A DNA stretch of 64,000 nt from Hemiscyllium ocellatum (GCF_020745735.1 NC_083448.1:496001-560000); one strand, 5' to 3'; shown: positions 1-12,989, counted from the first letter of the stretch. Program-made: numbers and translations. The notes: generated from the sequence alone by a model not told the origin.

Positions 1-1290
1 TCAGACAGTAAATATTTTTAATTCCTCCAAAAGATTTATCTTTCACAGGCCATCATGGGTCTTTAAAACTCTTATCCATCTGTCGAAACTCCTCTGTTTG
101 ATTCCTGCAAACACAATATATGTTTGACCTGGGTCCCAACTTCGATTCTTGAAGTGTTGCCTACCGGCTTCTGGTACAACCTGATCTGCACTGAAAATGG
201 CTTTTTTCAACTCCTTAAAATCCCCAAATACTTCTTCTAATAGTTCTGCAATTACATCACTAACCCTACATACAAGTCTCTTTGGATCAACGAAACCCAC
301 ATTGCCACGGCCACTACATTTATTTAGCCATCTTTTAATTTAAAGTGAAAATGGCGCCCACATCCTTCTCATCAAATTTAGACCATGGTTGAACATGCTT
401 AAACCCTTGCTTACGAGTTTTCTGACTACCAGGGGTTTGCTCATCCTCACTCTTTTCCCCAGTAAGCCTACCATTAGCCTTAACCTCCTGCCGTGTAAGC
501 TGACTTTCCTTTCAAGTGTCAGTTTTTGATGTTCAAAAGCTCTGTCTTCTTCTTTCTCTGTTCTCTCTACTCACCCCCCCTCCCCCCGCCTACCCCGTTC
601 AGCTGGTCTCTTTTTCCTCTGTTCTGCTGTTCTAAATTATTCCCTGCCTTCTGCTCATAACTGTTACTGAAGTTGTTTTATTTCTATCTCTTTTTTCTTA
701 TCTGTCATCTCTGACTCAACCTGTTTCATTTACAATTGAATTCTTGCCAATTCGATGGATTCTGATGGTTTCTCCAGCAAGGTAATGCTATGGTACTGTT
801 GTAATTATTTCTCCTAACCTCACAGAAGCAGGCAGTCTCAAATGCAGCTTCTCTGTTAATTCTTCGAACTCGTTGCTATTCATCACATTCATATAAAGAA
901 AAATTCTGGGGACTAGAAGAGCCATTATATTCCGAGCTCTATCTACCCAACCGAACCAAAATCTTAAATAATAACTCTAGCATCTACCACGTTCTGATGA
1001 AAATCCGGGAGGATACCTACGAAGTGTCATGGACGAGTCCAGACCATTCAAAACAATCTTTAGTCGGCACCCCTAGGCCATAACTTTGCAAACTGTTTCG
1101 TTAAGTGTACAGTGAAAATTACCTTGAGTAAGTTAGCGAGGTTCACGACTAGATATTACAATAGACAAAATGTATTCCCAAAATTACACAATCAAACACA
1201 AAGAACAGAATAAATGACCCCCTACACAAATCAGTCTATCAAAACTAAACTTAATTATGCTGTTCTGAATATATGCAAGAGCCCCAAAAA
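1..1290 (-). mobile_element. Decayed Gmr1-type Gypsy LTR retrotransposon: gag (SCAN-related capsid region) plus partial 5' LTR
   Basis: ORF 43..300 (ELKKAIFSADQVVPEAGRQHFKN...GQTYIVFAGIKQRSFDRWIR) matches the YELVPEAYRQxFR...FDRW gag motif also seen at 15479, 28248 and 37643. LTR-like sequence starts TGTCATGGAC at 1025 and resembles the LTRs at 21636 and 29368. Confidence 0.8.
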
Positions 1291-1299
1291 GAAACCTCG

Positions 1300-1906
1300 A
1301 TTGCAGGGTTAGAGATAATGATAAAGATATACTGCACCAGAGAAAGGAGGAAGTGAATGGTTAATCAAGGAATGGCAGAAGGAGTGTAACATATTACGGA
1401 AGGGACTGGAAAAAAACATAAACACAAAGGGAGAAATTGGAAGAAGAACTCAGGTTATTTCGGACAGTACACGAGCAAAAACAGTATGAGGAGTTTATCA
1501 ACTATAAACAGAGTGTTGAATGGTGTCGGGGGATAGTGAGCCATGGAAGTGGCAAAATGACGTAGGACAGCGTGTTAAGAAGAGGACCATAAGACGACCA
1601 GCAGGAGACTGATGGAATCAAATGGAGATGGAATCAGGATCAGGGTCCGAACGGAACTCCCTGGATGAGGATGATACCAGGGACAAAGAACTCCCACACG
1701 TAAAAAGAATTATGCTTTCGTTCATAAGACAGTTGGGAGTATGTCGGACAATCACAATATATTCGCTGGGGTCCCAGGATCTGGACTGGCTGAGCAATGC
1801 ATTGCCCATGATACATGAAGGTGGCGGAAACTGGACTAAAACATTTGAAGATGGGAATAAAAGTTGGAAAACGCTCCTGTGTGTATGTGAGGGACAGAGA
1901 GACTGA
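1300..1906 (+). mobile_element. Endogenous retrovirus gag-like fragment (decayed)
   Basis: ORF 1622..1906 contains YSLGSQDLDWLSNALPMIHEGGGNWTKTFE, resembling the YxPW..DL..L...LPxIHEGAGKWI..FEE capsid start of fish ERV gag proteins. An upstream frame reads REKLEEELRLF. Recognised from memory only. Confidence 0.5.
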
Positions 1907-2024
1907 CTCAGCGTTGATTCCCTGCAGCTTGCCGAATGTTTAACACCTTGTGCTCTAGATAGAATGCACATTTGTTTTTTGGTGATTGAATATTTGTGAT
2001 TTATTTATTGGAACTCGAGATTCT

Positions 2025-2669
2025 TAGAACATAGAATATAGAAAAATACAGGTCAGTTCAGGCCCTTCGGACCTCGATGATGCGCCTATCCTTGCGCACC
2101 TAAACTACACGAGTCCACTATCCTCCATATGCCTATCCAGTGCCTGTTTAAATGCCCATAAAGAGGGAGAGTTCACAACTATTACTGGCAGGGCATTCCA
2201 TGAACTCACGATTCGTTGAGTAAAGAATCTACTCTAAAATATGTCCTATACCTACCACCCCTTAATTTAAAGCTATGCCCCCTCGTAATACCTGACTCCA
2301 TACGTGGAAAAAGGTTCTCATGGTCTACCCTATCTAAACCCCTAATCATCTTGTACAGCTCTATCAAGTCACCCCTAAACCTTCTTTTCTCCAATGAAAA
2401 CAGCCCCAAGTGCCTCAGCCTTTCATCATACGATCTTCCTACCATAACAGGCAGCATCCTGGTAAACCTCCTCTGCACCCGTTCCAGTGCCTCCACATCC
2501 TTCCTATAGTATGGCGACCAAAACTGCACACAATACTCCAGATGCGGCCGCACCAGAATCTTATACAACTGCAACATGACCTCAGGACTCTGGAACTCAA
2601 TTCCTCTACCAATAAAAGCCAGTACGCCATAAGCCTTTTTACAGCACTATTTACTTGGGTGGCAAATTC
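2025..2669 (-). mobile_element. CR1 (HER1-type) LINE 3' fragment
   Basis: ORF 2206..2577 LYKILVRPHLEYCVQFWSP...LERVQRRFTRMLP is the CR1 ORF2 C-terminus. TAGAACATAGAA tail at 2025. Confidence 0.95.
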
Positions 2670-4869
2670 AGGAGTGTTTTGAATTTAATTTGTACTTTGG
2701 GAATTTAAGGTGGTACCTTTTAACTTTTTTTTAACTGACCATGGGTGATTATGAAATAAAAAATGTAAGATGAAGTAATATTAATGAAATGTTTACCCAC
2801 CATTTTTTCTTACAGACCGTGACTGCTGTACTGTTAATTTCGAACTGGTCGCAGTTTATGTTTACATGAAAGCCAAACGTATATAAATTTGAATCAGTTC
2901 AATATGGAGGGTGAGGATTTTACGATTAGACACTGGTATGAACTTGCTCTCAAAACACAATTTGTTTCAAGCGACTGGCAAATTTCAAGTTCATCCATTT
3001 TGATCTCATTGGATTAATCAAAGATTTGACTAAATGCAGTAAACGCAGTAGCACTGTAAACTCTGGCCTTAGCAGGTGCCTGCTCTTTTTTCATTAATAA
3101 TAATCCAGAAGTAACATAGAGAAAAATCAACTTAGACTTTAACATTTGGTCATTGAGTGGAGGAATTACATGAGCTTTATAGAATTTAGTTTACTTAAAA
3201 AGACATGGAGCTGAAAGTATAACGAGCGATTCCAAATATCCCAAACGACCAATATTGTTTTCAGAAATTGATACTGGTAGATTTTTTTTGTTTGTTTGTT
3301 TTGGACTCGTATGTCTCCACTCAATCTTAAAACAGCTGCATCTCATTGGTGATTAGGAGTGCCATTTGTATCTTTATTCTATATCAATTTCTCTCCTTCA
3401 TTGAGAATTGGCATTTTGTTTGAACATTGTGTTATGAAAACCACGAAAAAAGCTTAATACCTTATCATTGATATCTCTGTCTTTGGACTCGACCATTATT
3501 TGTGCGTGAGAAGTATTTTGTTACCATGTGAGTGGACAAGACGTCTTAATGCAGCTGCACTCATTTCATAGCTTTTTAACATTGCAAACGTGCAATGACC
3601 AGTCAAAACCGCTTGAGGTACCTTATCTGGGAGTGAAATTAAGGGACTAGAATCAGGGAATTGTAATGTTTTTTTTATAAATGATTTTCTACTTTTGATC
3701 ACTTCAGAAATGTATTATTCACTGGCTCAGTTTCCACCTCTGAGTTACACCTAATTATTATGTTTAAATACCCAATTGTATTATCCCTGAATCACAAAAC
3801 CAGAATTTATTGGCAGGTTGATTGGTTTTACGCCTTTTCACATTGCTATTGATCTGTGTCATTGTCTCGAGGTTACTTTGAAGCATGGCTGCAGTGATTA
3901 ATTGTGAATTTAAAAAAAGAGAGAAAAATAAAGCGGATAGTAAACGAAAAAAAAAATCCTTCTTGGCCAGTTGAAGGAATGTTGCATGTGATAGAGTAAT
4001 AGAGGTTTGTGCACTAGATGGAACTCCCCAAAGCTGGGAGAAGTTAAAAGCTGAGTGTGAATGGCCAGCTGAAAAAGAAAGGGAACTGGAAAAACAGAAG
4101 AAGGCCACTCTGGCTGAGTAATGTGAATAAGCGTGAAAGCAACAACACTTTTAAAAAAAATCAGATTTTCCTCAAAATCCTGACTCTTTGTCTGGCAGAC
4201 CTATCCCATTTGAGAATGGGGATTACACTGAAGTGGGCTTTATTACAGGATATCCACTCAGCCCGTAACACTTTCTGCATCTCCCCAGCAAACCATCTCA
4301 TTAGAAAACTTCCCTTATTTTGAAAATGAAACGTTCAGTCTTCAAAGCCGATATATTGGGGATGAGTGGCCTGATCCACCCTAAACCAGGGGCCATCCCG
4401 GGAATCAGAGTAATGTGAATGAAGCATGCCCCTGACCACAAGCACAAAACGGTCCAATTTGCTCAATATGTTCAATGATGTACAGACAGCAAAATTCCCT
4501 AGTGACCTCAACACGAATGGCTTGCGTTCTAAAGTTGAAATAAGTGACCATCTGTCTGACAGAAGTGGTATACAGCCCACGAGTGAAAAATAATCGAAAA
4601 GCTGAGTTACCTTTGTTTTATCCTATGCTTTTGCTATGTATTCCTTCTGATGTCACTGACATGATTCAGAAAAAAATTATGAGGGAGTTTCGAATTTTGT
4701 AGTCGCAAATGAGGATAGTTTCCTATTGATTGGCCAGTACCAGACTGAAACACGATCCAGCTGGCAGGTGAAATCGTTTATATCAACGCCCTCGCGATCA
4801 CAAACGCTGTGTGCCAGCCCTGCCAAAGTTGATTCGTCTACGATGCCCCTGGGAGAGGAACTAACCTGA

Positions 4870-7800
4870 AATTCCCGCTCGATCCCTCCCTTCCAATGTC
4901 ACTCGTTAGCTCACTCTCTCCATCCTAAGCTCATTTCATACTTCCCGGTCTCGTTCACACTCTCCCTCCCTCCCTCCATCCTGGTTTCACACGCTCGTTC
5001 CCTCTCCCATCCAGATTCGAACCCTGCCTCCTGATGTGACTCGTTCGCTCGCTCTCTTCCAACTCATTTCACTCTCTCCCTCCCGGTCTCCCTTGTTTGC
5101 TCATATTCTCTCATGCAGGCTCGTTCCCTCCCTTCCTCTACATCATACACGCTTGTGCACTCTCTCCTGAACTGGATCGCACAATTCCTTCCTCCTGGTC
5201 TGATTTTTTCAATCGCTCACGCCTACCAAGACTCACTTGCTCCCTCCCACACAGTCTCACAGGTTGTCTCTCACCCAGGCACGTTTGCTCTCTCCCTCTT
5301 AGTCTCGCCTATTTTCTCGCATTCTCCCACACAGGCTCCCTCCTTCCCTCCCTCTCTCCCCGTCTCATCCGTTCACTTGCTCTGTCCCAAGCAGGCTTGC
5401 ACCATCCCTCACTCCTAGTCTGACTCGTTTGCATGCTCACAGTAGACAAGGCTCACTCTCTCTCTCCCAGCTGCTCTCACATGTTCGCTTGTTCTCTCCC
5501 ACAGAGGCTTCCTCATTCTCTTCCTATCAGACTCTCCCGTTCGATCGATTCCTCCCTCCTCGTCTCAGTCATTATCTCCCACCCAGGTTCATTCACTCTC
5601 TCCCTCCGGTTTTCTTCCATTTGCTCGCTGTGTACCTCCCAGTCGCAGTCGATTGCTCACTCTCTCCCACCCAGGCATGCTTGCTGCCATCCTCCTGGTC
5701 TCTATCGTTCACTCGCTCTCTTCCAGTCTGGGTCACTCGCTCACTATCTCCCCATCTCATTCATTCGCTCACTCTATACCAAACAGTGACAAATGCTGTT
5801 GACCTTCTGGTTTGATTTGGTCAGTCCCTCACTCCAACCCAGTCTTACTTCATTACTCATTCTCTCTCACCAGGCTTCTTTGCTCTCTCCCTCCCCGTCT
5901 CTCTCATTCAATCCGTCCCTCCTGGTCTCACTCATTTGCTCTCTCTCTCACCAAGTATCACTCCCTCCCTCTCAGTCTCAATCGATCACTCGTACCCTCC
6001 TACTCAGGCTCGCTCGCTGTCTTGCTTCTGGTCTCTTTGATCCGCTCACTCCCTCCCTTCAAGTCTGACTCGTTCATTAACTTTCTTTCACCCAGGAATT
6101 TTCACTCCCTTCCTTCCAGTCCCGCTCGTTCACTCGCTTGCTCTCACCCAGGTGTGCTTGCTCCCTCGCTCACCATCTCATTCATTCATTTGATCTCTCC
6201 GAAACAGCCTCTCTCGCTTCCTCCCCCTTGGTCTGAATCGTTTGCACTCTCAATCGCACCAAGACACACTCACTCCCTCTCTCCCATTATCACTTGTTCA
6301 CTCGTTCTCTAACACACAGGCTAAATCGCCCTCTCACTCCAAGTTTCTCTCATTTGCTTGCACACTCCTACCCACGCTCACTCGTTGGCTCGTCTCCTTC
6401 GACCTCTCTTGGTCTCCTGGTCTACAAATCTCACTCTTTTGCTCGCTCTCGACGATGCAGGCTCGCTCGCGCTCTCCCTCCTGATCTCATTTGTTTACTC
6501 ATTATCTCCCACACAGGCACTCTTGCTGCCTTCTGTTCTCACGTGTTCGCTCACTCTCTCACAGCGAAGCTCACTCACCCTCCTCCCTCTCAGTCTCACT
6601 CGTTTGCTCACTCCCAACCTGGAGAGAGCAGGAAAACTTCTTCAAGGCAGGCATCCTTGCAAGAGGATTCGCAGTAGTGTGAAAATCACCGAGGTAAAAA
6701 CAATGACTGCAGATGCTGGAAACCAGATTCTGGATCTGTCGTGTTGGAAGAGCACAGCAGTTCAGGCAGCATCCAACCAGCAGCGATATCTACGTTTCGG
6801 GCGAAAGCCCTTCATCTTTTATTCTTATGAAGGGATTTTTCCTGAAACGTCAATTTCGCTACTCGTTGGATGCTGACTGAACTGCTGTGCTCTTCCAGCA
6901 CCACTGATCCAGAATATTGTTTCCAGCATCTGCAGTCATTGTTTTAAACTTGCTCACTCCCAACCTCCTGGTCAGACATGCTTGCACGCTTAACCCTACG
7001 CAGCCTCGCTGCCTTCTTCCTTTTCACACTCGCTCATTCACTTGCATCCTCCCTCCCGGCCACAATTGTTCACTCGCCCTCTTTCTCCCAGGCCCGCTCA
7101 CTACCTCCCTGCTAGTCTCGCTCTGTCACTCGTCCTCTCCCACCCAGGCTCACTGGCTTCCTCGCTCCCCATCTCACTGGTTCAACCACTCTCTCCCAAC
7201 AAGGCTCGCTCCCTCCCTCTCTCCGATTCTCACTTGTATGTTCAGTCTCTCCAACCCAGGCATGTTTGCACCCTGTCTCCCAATCTGACTCATTAACTCG
7301 CTTTATCTCTTACAGGAACGCTCCCTCCCTCAAGATCACACTGTATCGCTCTCTCTCTCTTCCACCCAAGTTCACTTCCTCCATCCCTCCTGGTCATGAT
7401 GTTTACTTGCTTAACTCCCCATCTTCGCGCTCTCTCACTCTGTCCTGATAACGTTCGTTCGCATACTCTATTATACAAAGCCTCGCTTGCTTCCTCTATC
7501 CTATTCAAGAGCATTCCTTCGCCCTCTCCCACTCAGGCTATCTTCCTCCCTCCTTCTAGTCTCACTTATTCGCTCGCTCTGTTCCACCCAGATTTGCTCT
7601 CTCCATTCCTCCTTGACTCGCTCGTTCTCTCGCTGTCTCCCACCCAGTATGGCTCGTTTCCTTCCTCCAGGTATCAATTTTTCGTTCGATTACTCATATG
7701 AAGGCTTGCTCCCTCCCTCTAGCCTGATCTCATTCCTTCGTTCGTTCTACCAGCCCCAGGCTCACTGGCTCTCACCCAACCAGACTCGCTCACTCCTTGC

Positions 7801-9390
7801 CAATGTCGCTTATTCTCTTCCTCCCTCACATTCTCAGTTGTTCACCCACTCTCTCCCAAACAGGCTCGCTGCCTTCCTTTCTCCCGGTCTTGAAGTTCAA
7901 CTGCTCTACACCCTCAGTTTTGCTCACTCCCTCCAGTCTGATCTCATTATTCTCTCGCTCTCTTCCACCAAGCCTCAGTAGTTCCTTCTTCCCCGGTCAA
8001 ATCTATTCCATCTCTCACCCACAAATTATCGATTCCTCCCTTCCTTCCTGACTCACTTATTCGCTCTCTCTGTTCCACTCAGCGTTGTAAGCTTCCTCCC
8101 TCCTTTTATCACTTGTTTTCTCAAGATCTCCCAGCCACTCTTGATTGTTTCCTCCCTCGCGGTCTCATTTTTTTGCTCAATTTCCCCTCACAGGCTCGCT
8201 CCCTTGATCTCCCTCTTCCTCTTGATCTCATTTGTTCGGCCTCTATACCAGCCCCAGGGTCGCTCTCTCTCAACCACCCCACGCTCGATCCCTTCCTGCC
8301 AATCCCGCTCGTTTTCCAACTCACTCCAAGTGTCAGTTGTTCACTCGCTCTCTCCCACCCATTCTTGCTGTCTTCCTTCCTCCAGGGCACACTCTAAACT
8401 CGGCCTTTCCATCTCAGTCTCGTTCCCTCTCGTTTTCCTGGTCTCATTTTTCACTCGCTCTCTTCCAGCCAGGCTCACTGCATCCGATTCTCCTGATCGT
8501 TATCGTTTGCTCATTCTCTCCTACCCTGTCTCGATAGCTGTTTCCTTCCTGGTTTAACAATTTCGCTCACTTACTCCGACCCAGTGACTCGCAATTCCCT
8601 GCCTCCATGTTTGCACTCTCCCGCCCTCCTGGTCTCACTCGTTCAATCACTCTCTTCCACACAAGCTCGCTATCTCCCGCCCTCCCCACCTCTTGTTTGT
8701 TAGCACTCTACAATTCTTTGTTGCTCGCTCTGTCCTTCCCGGTCTTACTTGTTTGCTAGCTGTCTCACATCCCGGCTCGCTTCTTCCTCATTCCTGATCC
8801 CGTTCATTCACTCGCTGTCTCTCCCACCAGGCTTGCTCTCGCTCGCCCATCCAAGCTCACACGCTTCCTCCACGTTGCTCGTTTGATCACTCTCTCCCAA
8901 ACCAGGCTTTTTTTTTTGTTCCACATTCACCGGCTCACTCCTTCACTTTCCCTCTCCTAGATAAGGTTGCCCACTCCAGCCCAACCCGGTCTCACGAGTT
9001 TGATCTCTCTATTACACCCAGACTCGCTTCCTCTCTCCCTCTCGGGAATGATGTTCGCTTGTTTGTAAGCGCTCTCACACACTATCTCTTTCCTCTCTCC
9101 ATTCCGGCATCACTTGTTTGCTCGCTGTCTCATATCACGGTTCACTACCGCCCTCCCTCCTCATCCCATTCATTCACTCGCACTCTTCCTCCACTAGGTT
9201 CGCTATCTCGTTATTACCCACTCTTCCTCGCTCCCTGTGGATCTCTCTAGTTCGATCCTACCCTCCCAGTCTCACTCGTTAACTCACTGTTTTTCCAGGG
9301 ATGGCTTATTCCCAGCCCTCCGGTCTCACTCATTCACTGGGTCTCTCCCACCAAGGATCACTCGCTCAAACCTGCTGCGTCCCCTAACAA
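4870..9390. repeat. Degenerate ~55-bp CT-rich minisatellite array (~4.5 kb)
   Basis: Recurring unit approx. CCCACCCAGGCTCGCTCGCTCCCTCCCTCCTGGTCTCACTCGTTCGCTCGCTCTCT. The plus strand is strongly pyrimidine-biased throughout. Confidence 0.85.
6621..6949. mobile_element. Penelope-derived non-autonomous hairpin (inverted pseudo-LTR) insertion with 17-bp TSD
   Basis: TTGCTCACTCCCAACCT occurs at 6604-6620 and 6950-6966. Inverted arms include an exact 27-bp IR (6697-6723 / 6919-6945). The arms resemble the PLE 3' end at 19480-19610. Confidence 0.85.
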
Positions 9391-10133
9391 TATCTATTGG
9401 CCCAAGCCTGGTATTGTTAACATAGCTTTCGTCTAAAGCACCACACCAATCTGTGTTCGTGTCGGTTGGGTCTGAATATTCGCACATTTCCTTTGCTCCA
9501 CACGCAATGGCAGGAGAGACAGGATTCGAGGGAGAGAGGAGATTAGGAAGGAGAGAGTACATGACGGAAAGAGATTGAACAAAAATATAATTTGGAGGGA
9601 GAATGAAATATAATTTGTAAATAGGAGTAGGAGAGAGAAACAGAGGGACAGTGTGACTGTGGGAGGGAGATATGCAGGGAGGAAGATAAAGGGAGACAGA
9701 TGAACTGTACAGTGACCAGATCGCATAAGCGGACAAAGCGTTGAAATCCAGGACAGAATGATTTAAAACCCACTCCTGAGCTCAGGTCCCGATACCCTCC
9801 CCGTCCATGAGGACCAGGACTTAGCGCTGAGTCTGTCTTTGTCCACCTCAGCTTCCTCAACGCAAAGACAAACATTTACACCGAACACGCTGCTGCTCAG
9901 GACCTTTTAATACACAATTTTATTGTTTACAAATTGAAGTGATCGATTCACGCAATGGGATGGTGCCTTTTCTCATTGACTTCTGAACTGTGAGAAGCAA
10001 TGAAATGTGTTTCCGAAGTCCCTTCTGGGATAAGCTTGGACAAACCAGCACTACCGTCAGAAAGTTACCATAGCGACAGGCAGCTTTATCGCTGAAACAT
10101 TATACTGAAATTTAAAAATCCCAGATGCATTGA

Positions 10134-11041
10134 TTATTGCGTGAACTTAATTGACTGATGAATTTTCATAAAGGGATATTTCAGCACATTCTTCAGCTGC
10201 TGTCTGAACTTAGTCTGGGTCACTGCATAAATCGCGGTGTTTGTGCAGCAACTGAGGAGCTGCAGCATGAAGCCCAATTCTTGCACAAAGGGATGTAGAT
10301 AAACAGACTGATACCCAATATAATCCATCCGGTTCCATATAGAAAACACCATTAACATTGAGCATAAAAGGATGAAATTAGCCGAGATGACAAACAGTAA
10401 AACGAGAGATTTTTTTTGGTCTCTCATTTCTGTGTCAGACTGAGCTGTCCCATTGCTGTGAGCCCGAAGTCTCGTGCGGGCTCTGCTGGTCACTAAAATG
10501 TGTCTGACTGTGAAAACATTGAGCAGCAGAATCAGGAGAAATGGGAGAGCTGGGGTTAGAATGTGATGGAGGAACTCGATTGTGGCCCAGTCATGGGAGA
10601 AATAAACAGCGAGTGTTACATCACAAAACCAGGGGGCGTTGGACAGCCCATACCGTGCTGTAAGCATAAAATACCAGAAAATGTTCTTGAAACAGCTCAG
10701 CACAGTCACTGCTCCCAGAAGGACAGCCGCTGTTTTCTCACTGCAGCATTTACTTTTCAGCTTCTGGCAACAAATGGCCACGAATCGATCAAAGGTGAAA
10801 GTAACGGTGAACCAGACAGAGCAGTCAGTGGCTGTATAAAGCAGGACGGCGTGGATATTACATACGGAAATGTTCCTCAGAAAAGAAAACTGTTCCATAT
10901 AAACAATGGGAATGTGTCTCAGTATCAGGTCGAGGATCATGACCAGTAGATCTGCCACTGCCATCGCCTCCAGGTAACGTCTGACGCATGGAGACAATCC
11001 ACAATCCTTATGAAGCAGAAGGTAGATCGTCACTATATTAA
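10134..11041 (-). CDS. Exon 2 of GPR139/GPR142-like class A GPCR (TM1 end to C-terminus)
   Basis: Open 908 nt with AMAVADLL (TM2), TFDRFVAIC (DRF, TM3) and CCTNTAIY (NPxxY variant). Minus-strand acceptor TTTTCCTTCCTCACAG|TT at 11042/11041. Stop at 10134-10136. Confidence 0.92.
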
Positions 11042-11299
11042 CTGTGAGGAAGGAAAACAAACAAATCATACATTAGACTGGAGCGGAAATGACCAATTTG
11101 ACTGAGGGCCCAGTGAGATTTTCAGATGTGTCAGTGTATTCATGGATTTATGAAAATAATTCGAAAGGAAATGATAAATGGATGGTCTGAATTAATGAAA
11201 AAAAAGTGTCACAGAAACCCTCCCTCCCCAAACACACAGAGACACATTCATCAGAACAGACGGTTTGTACAACATTCTCAACACACATAAGACTAAGAA

Positions 11300-12430
11300 T
11301 ACCCAGGAGGATCATGAATAGTTGTTGGCAGATAGAATCAAGGAAATCTGCAAGGCCTTCTATTGGTATATCAGCAAGAAAATAGTGATGAAGATTAAGG
11401 CCAATCAAAGATTGAATTGGAGAGTTGTGTGTGGAACCTAAGGACATCGGGGAAGCGCTTAATGAATAGTTTTTATCAGCGCTCACGTTGGAAAAGGGCA
11501 ATATTAGTGAGAATGCAAGCTACAGGATCAGATGAGATTCATATTGACAAAGAGGACATTTTAGCAATTTTGGAAAATCTGAAAATTTTTAAGACCCCTG
11601 GGCCAGGTGGGACTTATTCTCGAATTATCTGGGAAGCCAGGGAGGAGATTGCAGAGTCAATGGCTTCGAACTTTATGTCATCATTTGCAACAGGATTAGT
11701 GCCAGGGACAGCAAATGTTGTAACTTTTTTGGAGAAGGGGTGTCGGGACAAACCTGGTAATTATAGCTCAGTGAGCCATCCTTCGGTTGTGTGTAAGATG
11801 TCAGAAAATAATAGACCGTAATTATAATCATCTGGAAAAGAACAACTTTTTTAGCGATATCCAACACTGTTTAGCGAAGGGTAGGTCGTGCCTGACTAAC
11901 ATTATTGAGTTCTTCATGAAGTTCACAAAACAGTCGGGTGAAGATAAAACGGTTGATGTGGTGTACATGGAGTTCAGCAAGGCGTTTGATAGGGTTACAA
12001 ACAGTCGGCTATTGCGCAAATTGCAGTGTTTCGGGATTGAAGCTGATTCGGCTATTTGGATCAGAAATTGGCAAGCTGAATGAAGAAAGAGAGTTGAGGT
12101 TGATTGAAAGTTATCATCCAGCCGCTAGGTTAGCAGTGGTGCGCCGAAAGCATCTGTTTTGGGGCGACTGCTGTTTATCATTTTTATAAATGATCAGGAT
12201 TTAGGCGTAGAAGGATGGGCTAGTACATTTGCGGATGACAACAATGTAGGCAGAGTTGTAGAGCGCCAAAGGATATTTCGGTTGATATGGGGACATAGAT
12301 AAGATGCACAGTGGTGGCAAATAGCGGTTAATGTGGAAAAGTGTGAGGTAGTTCACTTAGGAAGAAGTAACAGGAAGGCAGATTACTCGGTTAATGGCAA
12401 AATACTTGGCAGTGCAGAGGCACAGAAAGT
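11300..12430 (+). mobile_element. Decayed CR1 LINE ORF2 (RT region)
   Basis: KTPGPGGTYSRIIWEAREEIAE, KGRSCLTNIIEFF, VDVVYMEFSKAFDRV and FADD motifs across frameshifted ORFs 11417..12189. Confidence 0.9.
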
Positions 12431-12655
12431 CTGATGACAGCATAATGTTGTAGGTTATGGAAGGAATTTCTGCTGAAACTTAATATCTGCTTCTTCACCA
12501 TCGATAAGACGAACTGCCAGCTGAAATTCGAGAGTATCTCCAAGAAGATCGTAGCAAAATCACCTGAAAAGGAACAGCACTCCGAAAGCTAGTTCTGCTA
12601 AATAAACTTTTTGGGTTATAATCTGGTGTTGTGTGATGTCTTAAATTTGTATATA
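12431..12655 (+). mobile_element. Penelope-like terminal (pLTR) fragments
   Basis: CACCTGAAAAGGAACAGCACTCCGAAAGCTAG...AAATAAAC...TATAATCTGGTGTTGTGTGA is a degenerate hammerhead-bearing PLE terminus. Confidence 0.55.
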
Positions 12656-12989
12656 ACTGAGGGTGACGTAAAGGAGTCTGAGCAAAATTGCACTTCATAA
12701 GAATCATTTGCAAATCCTCCACTGTTTGGAGTCATTCGTATTGCAAGCGAAGATGTTTATGCTCTGTGCACATCAATAATCTCAGCCCTGCGGCATCTCT
12801 GGAAGAGATCTTCAGGGTTTCTTTCCTGGTCCAGACATCTCCAGCTTGTATAAGGAAGTGTGGAAGGAGGCCATTCAGCCCATTGAGTCTACACTGAGCC
12901 AAAGTGAAAATGTTCACTGATGATCACATGATGTTCAGACTATTTGTCTACTCTCCACACTTGAAGCAGTTGAACCTATCAACAAAGAC

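Noticed and set aside
5097-9425. Many overlapping Ser/Leu/Pro/His-rich plus-strand ORFs
   Set aside because: They are a by-product of the CT-rich minisatellite, which lacks stop codons. They are open in several frames and have no domain signal.
9326-9875. Minus-strand ORFs downstream of the GPCR
   Set aside because: They overlap a GA-rich low-complexity tract with no motifs. This is likely 3' UTR or intergenic sequence.
11042-11069. ATG start MICLFSFLT of the 311-aa ORF as the true GPCR N-terminus
   Set aside because: This stretch is the polypyrimidine tract and AG acceptor. The family-typical YYP..A..GVP half of TM1 lies at 33261-33300 with a matching-phase donor. A minor single-exon isoform cannot be excluded.
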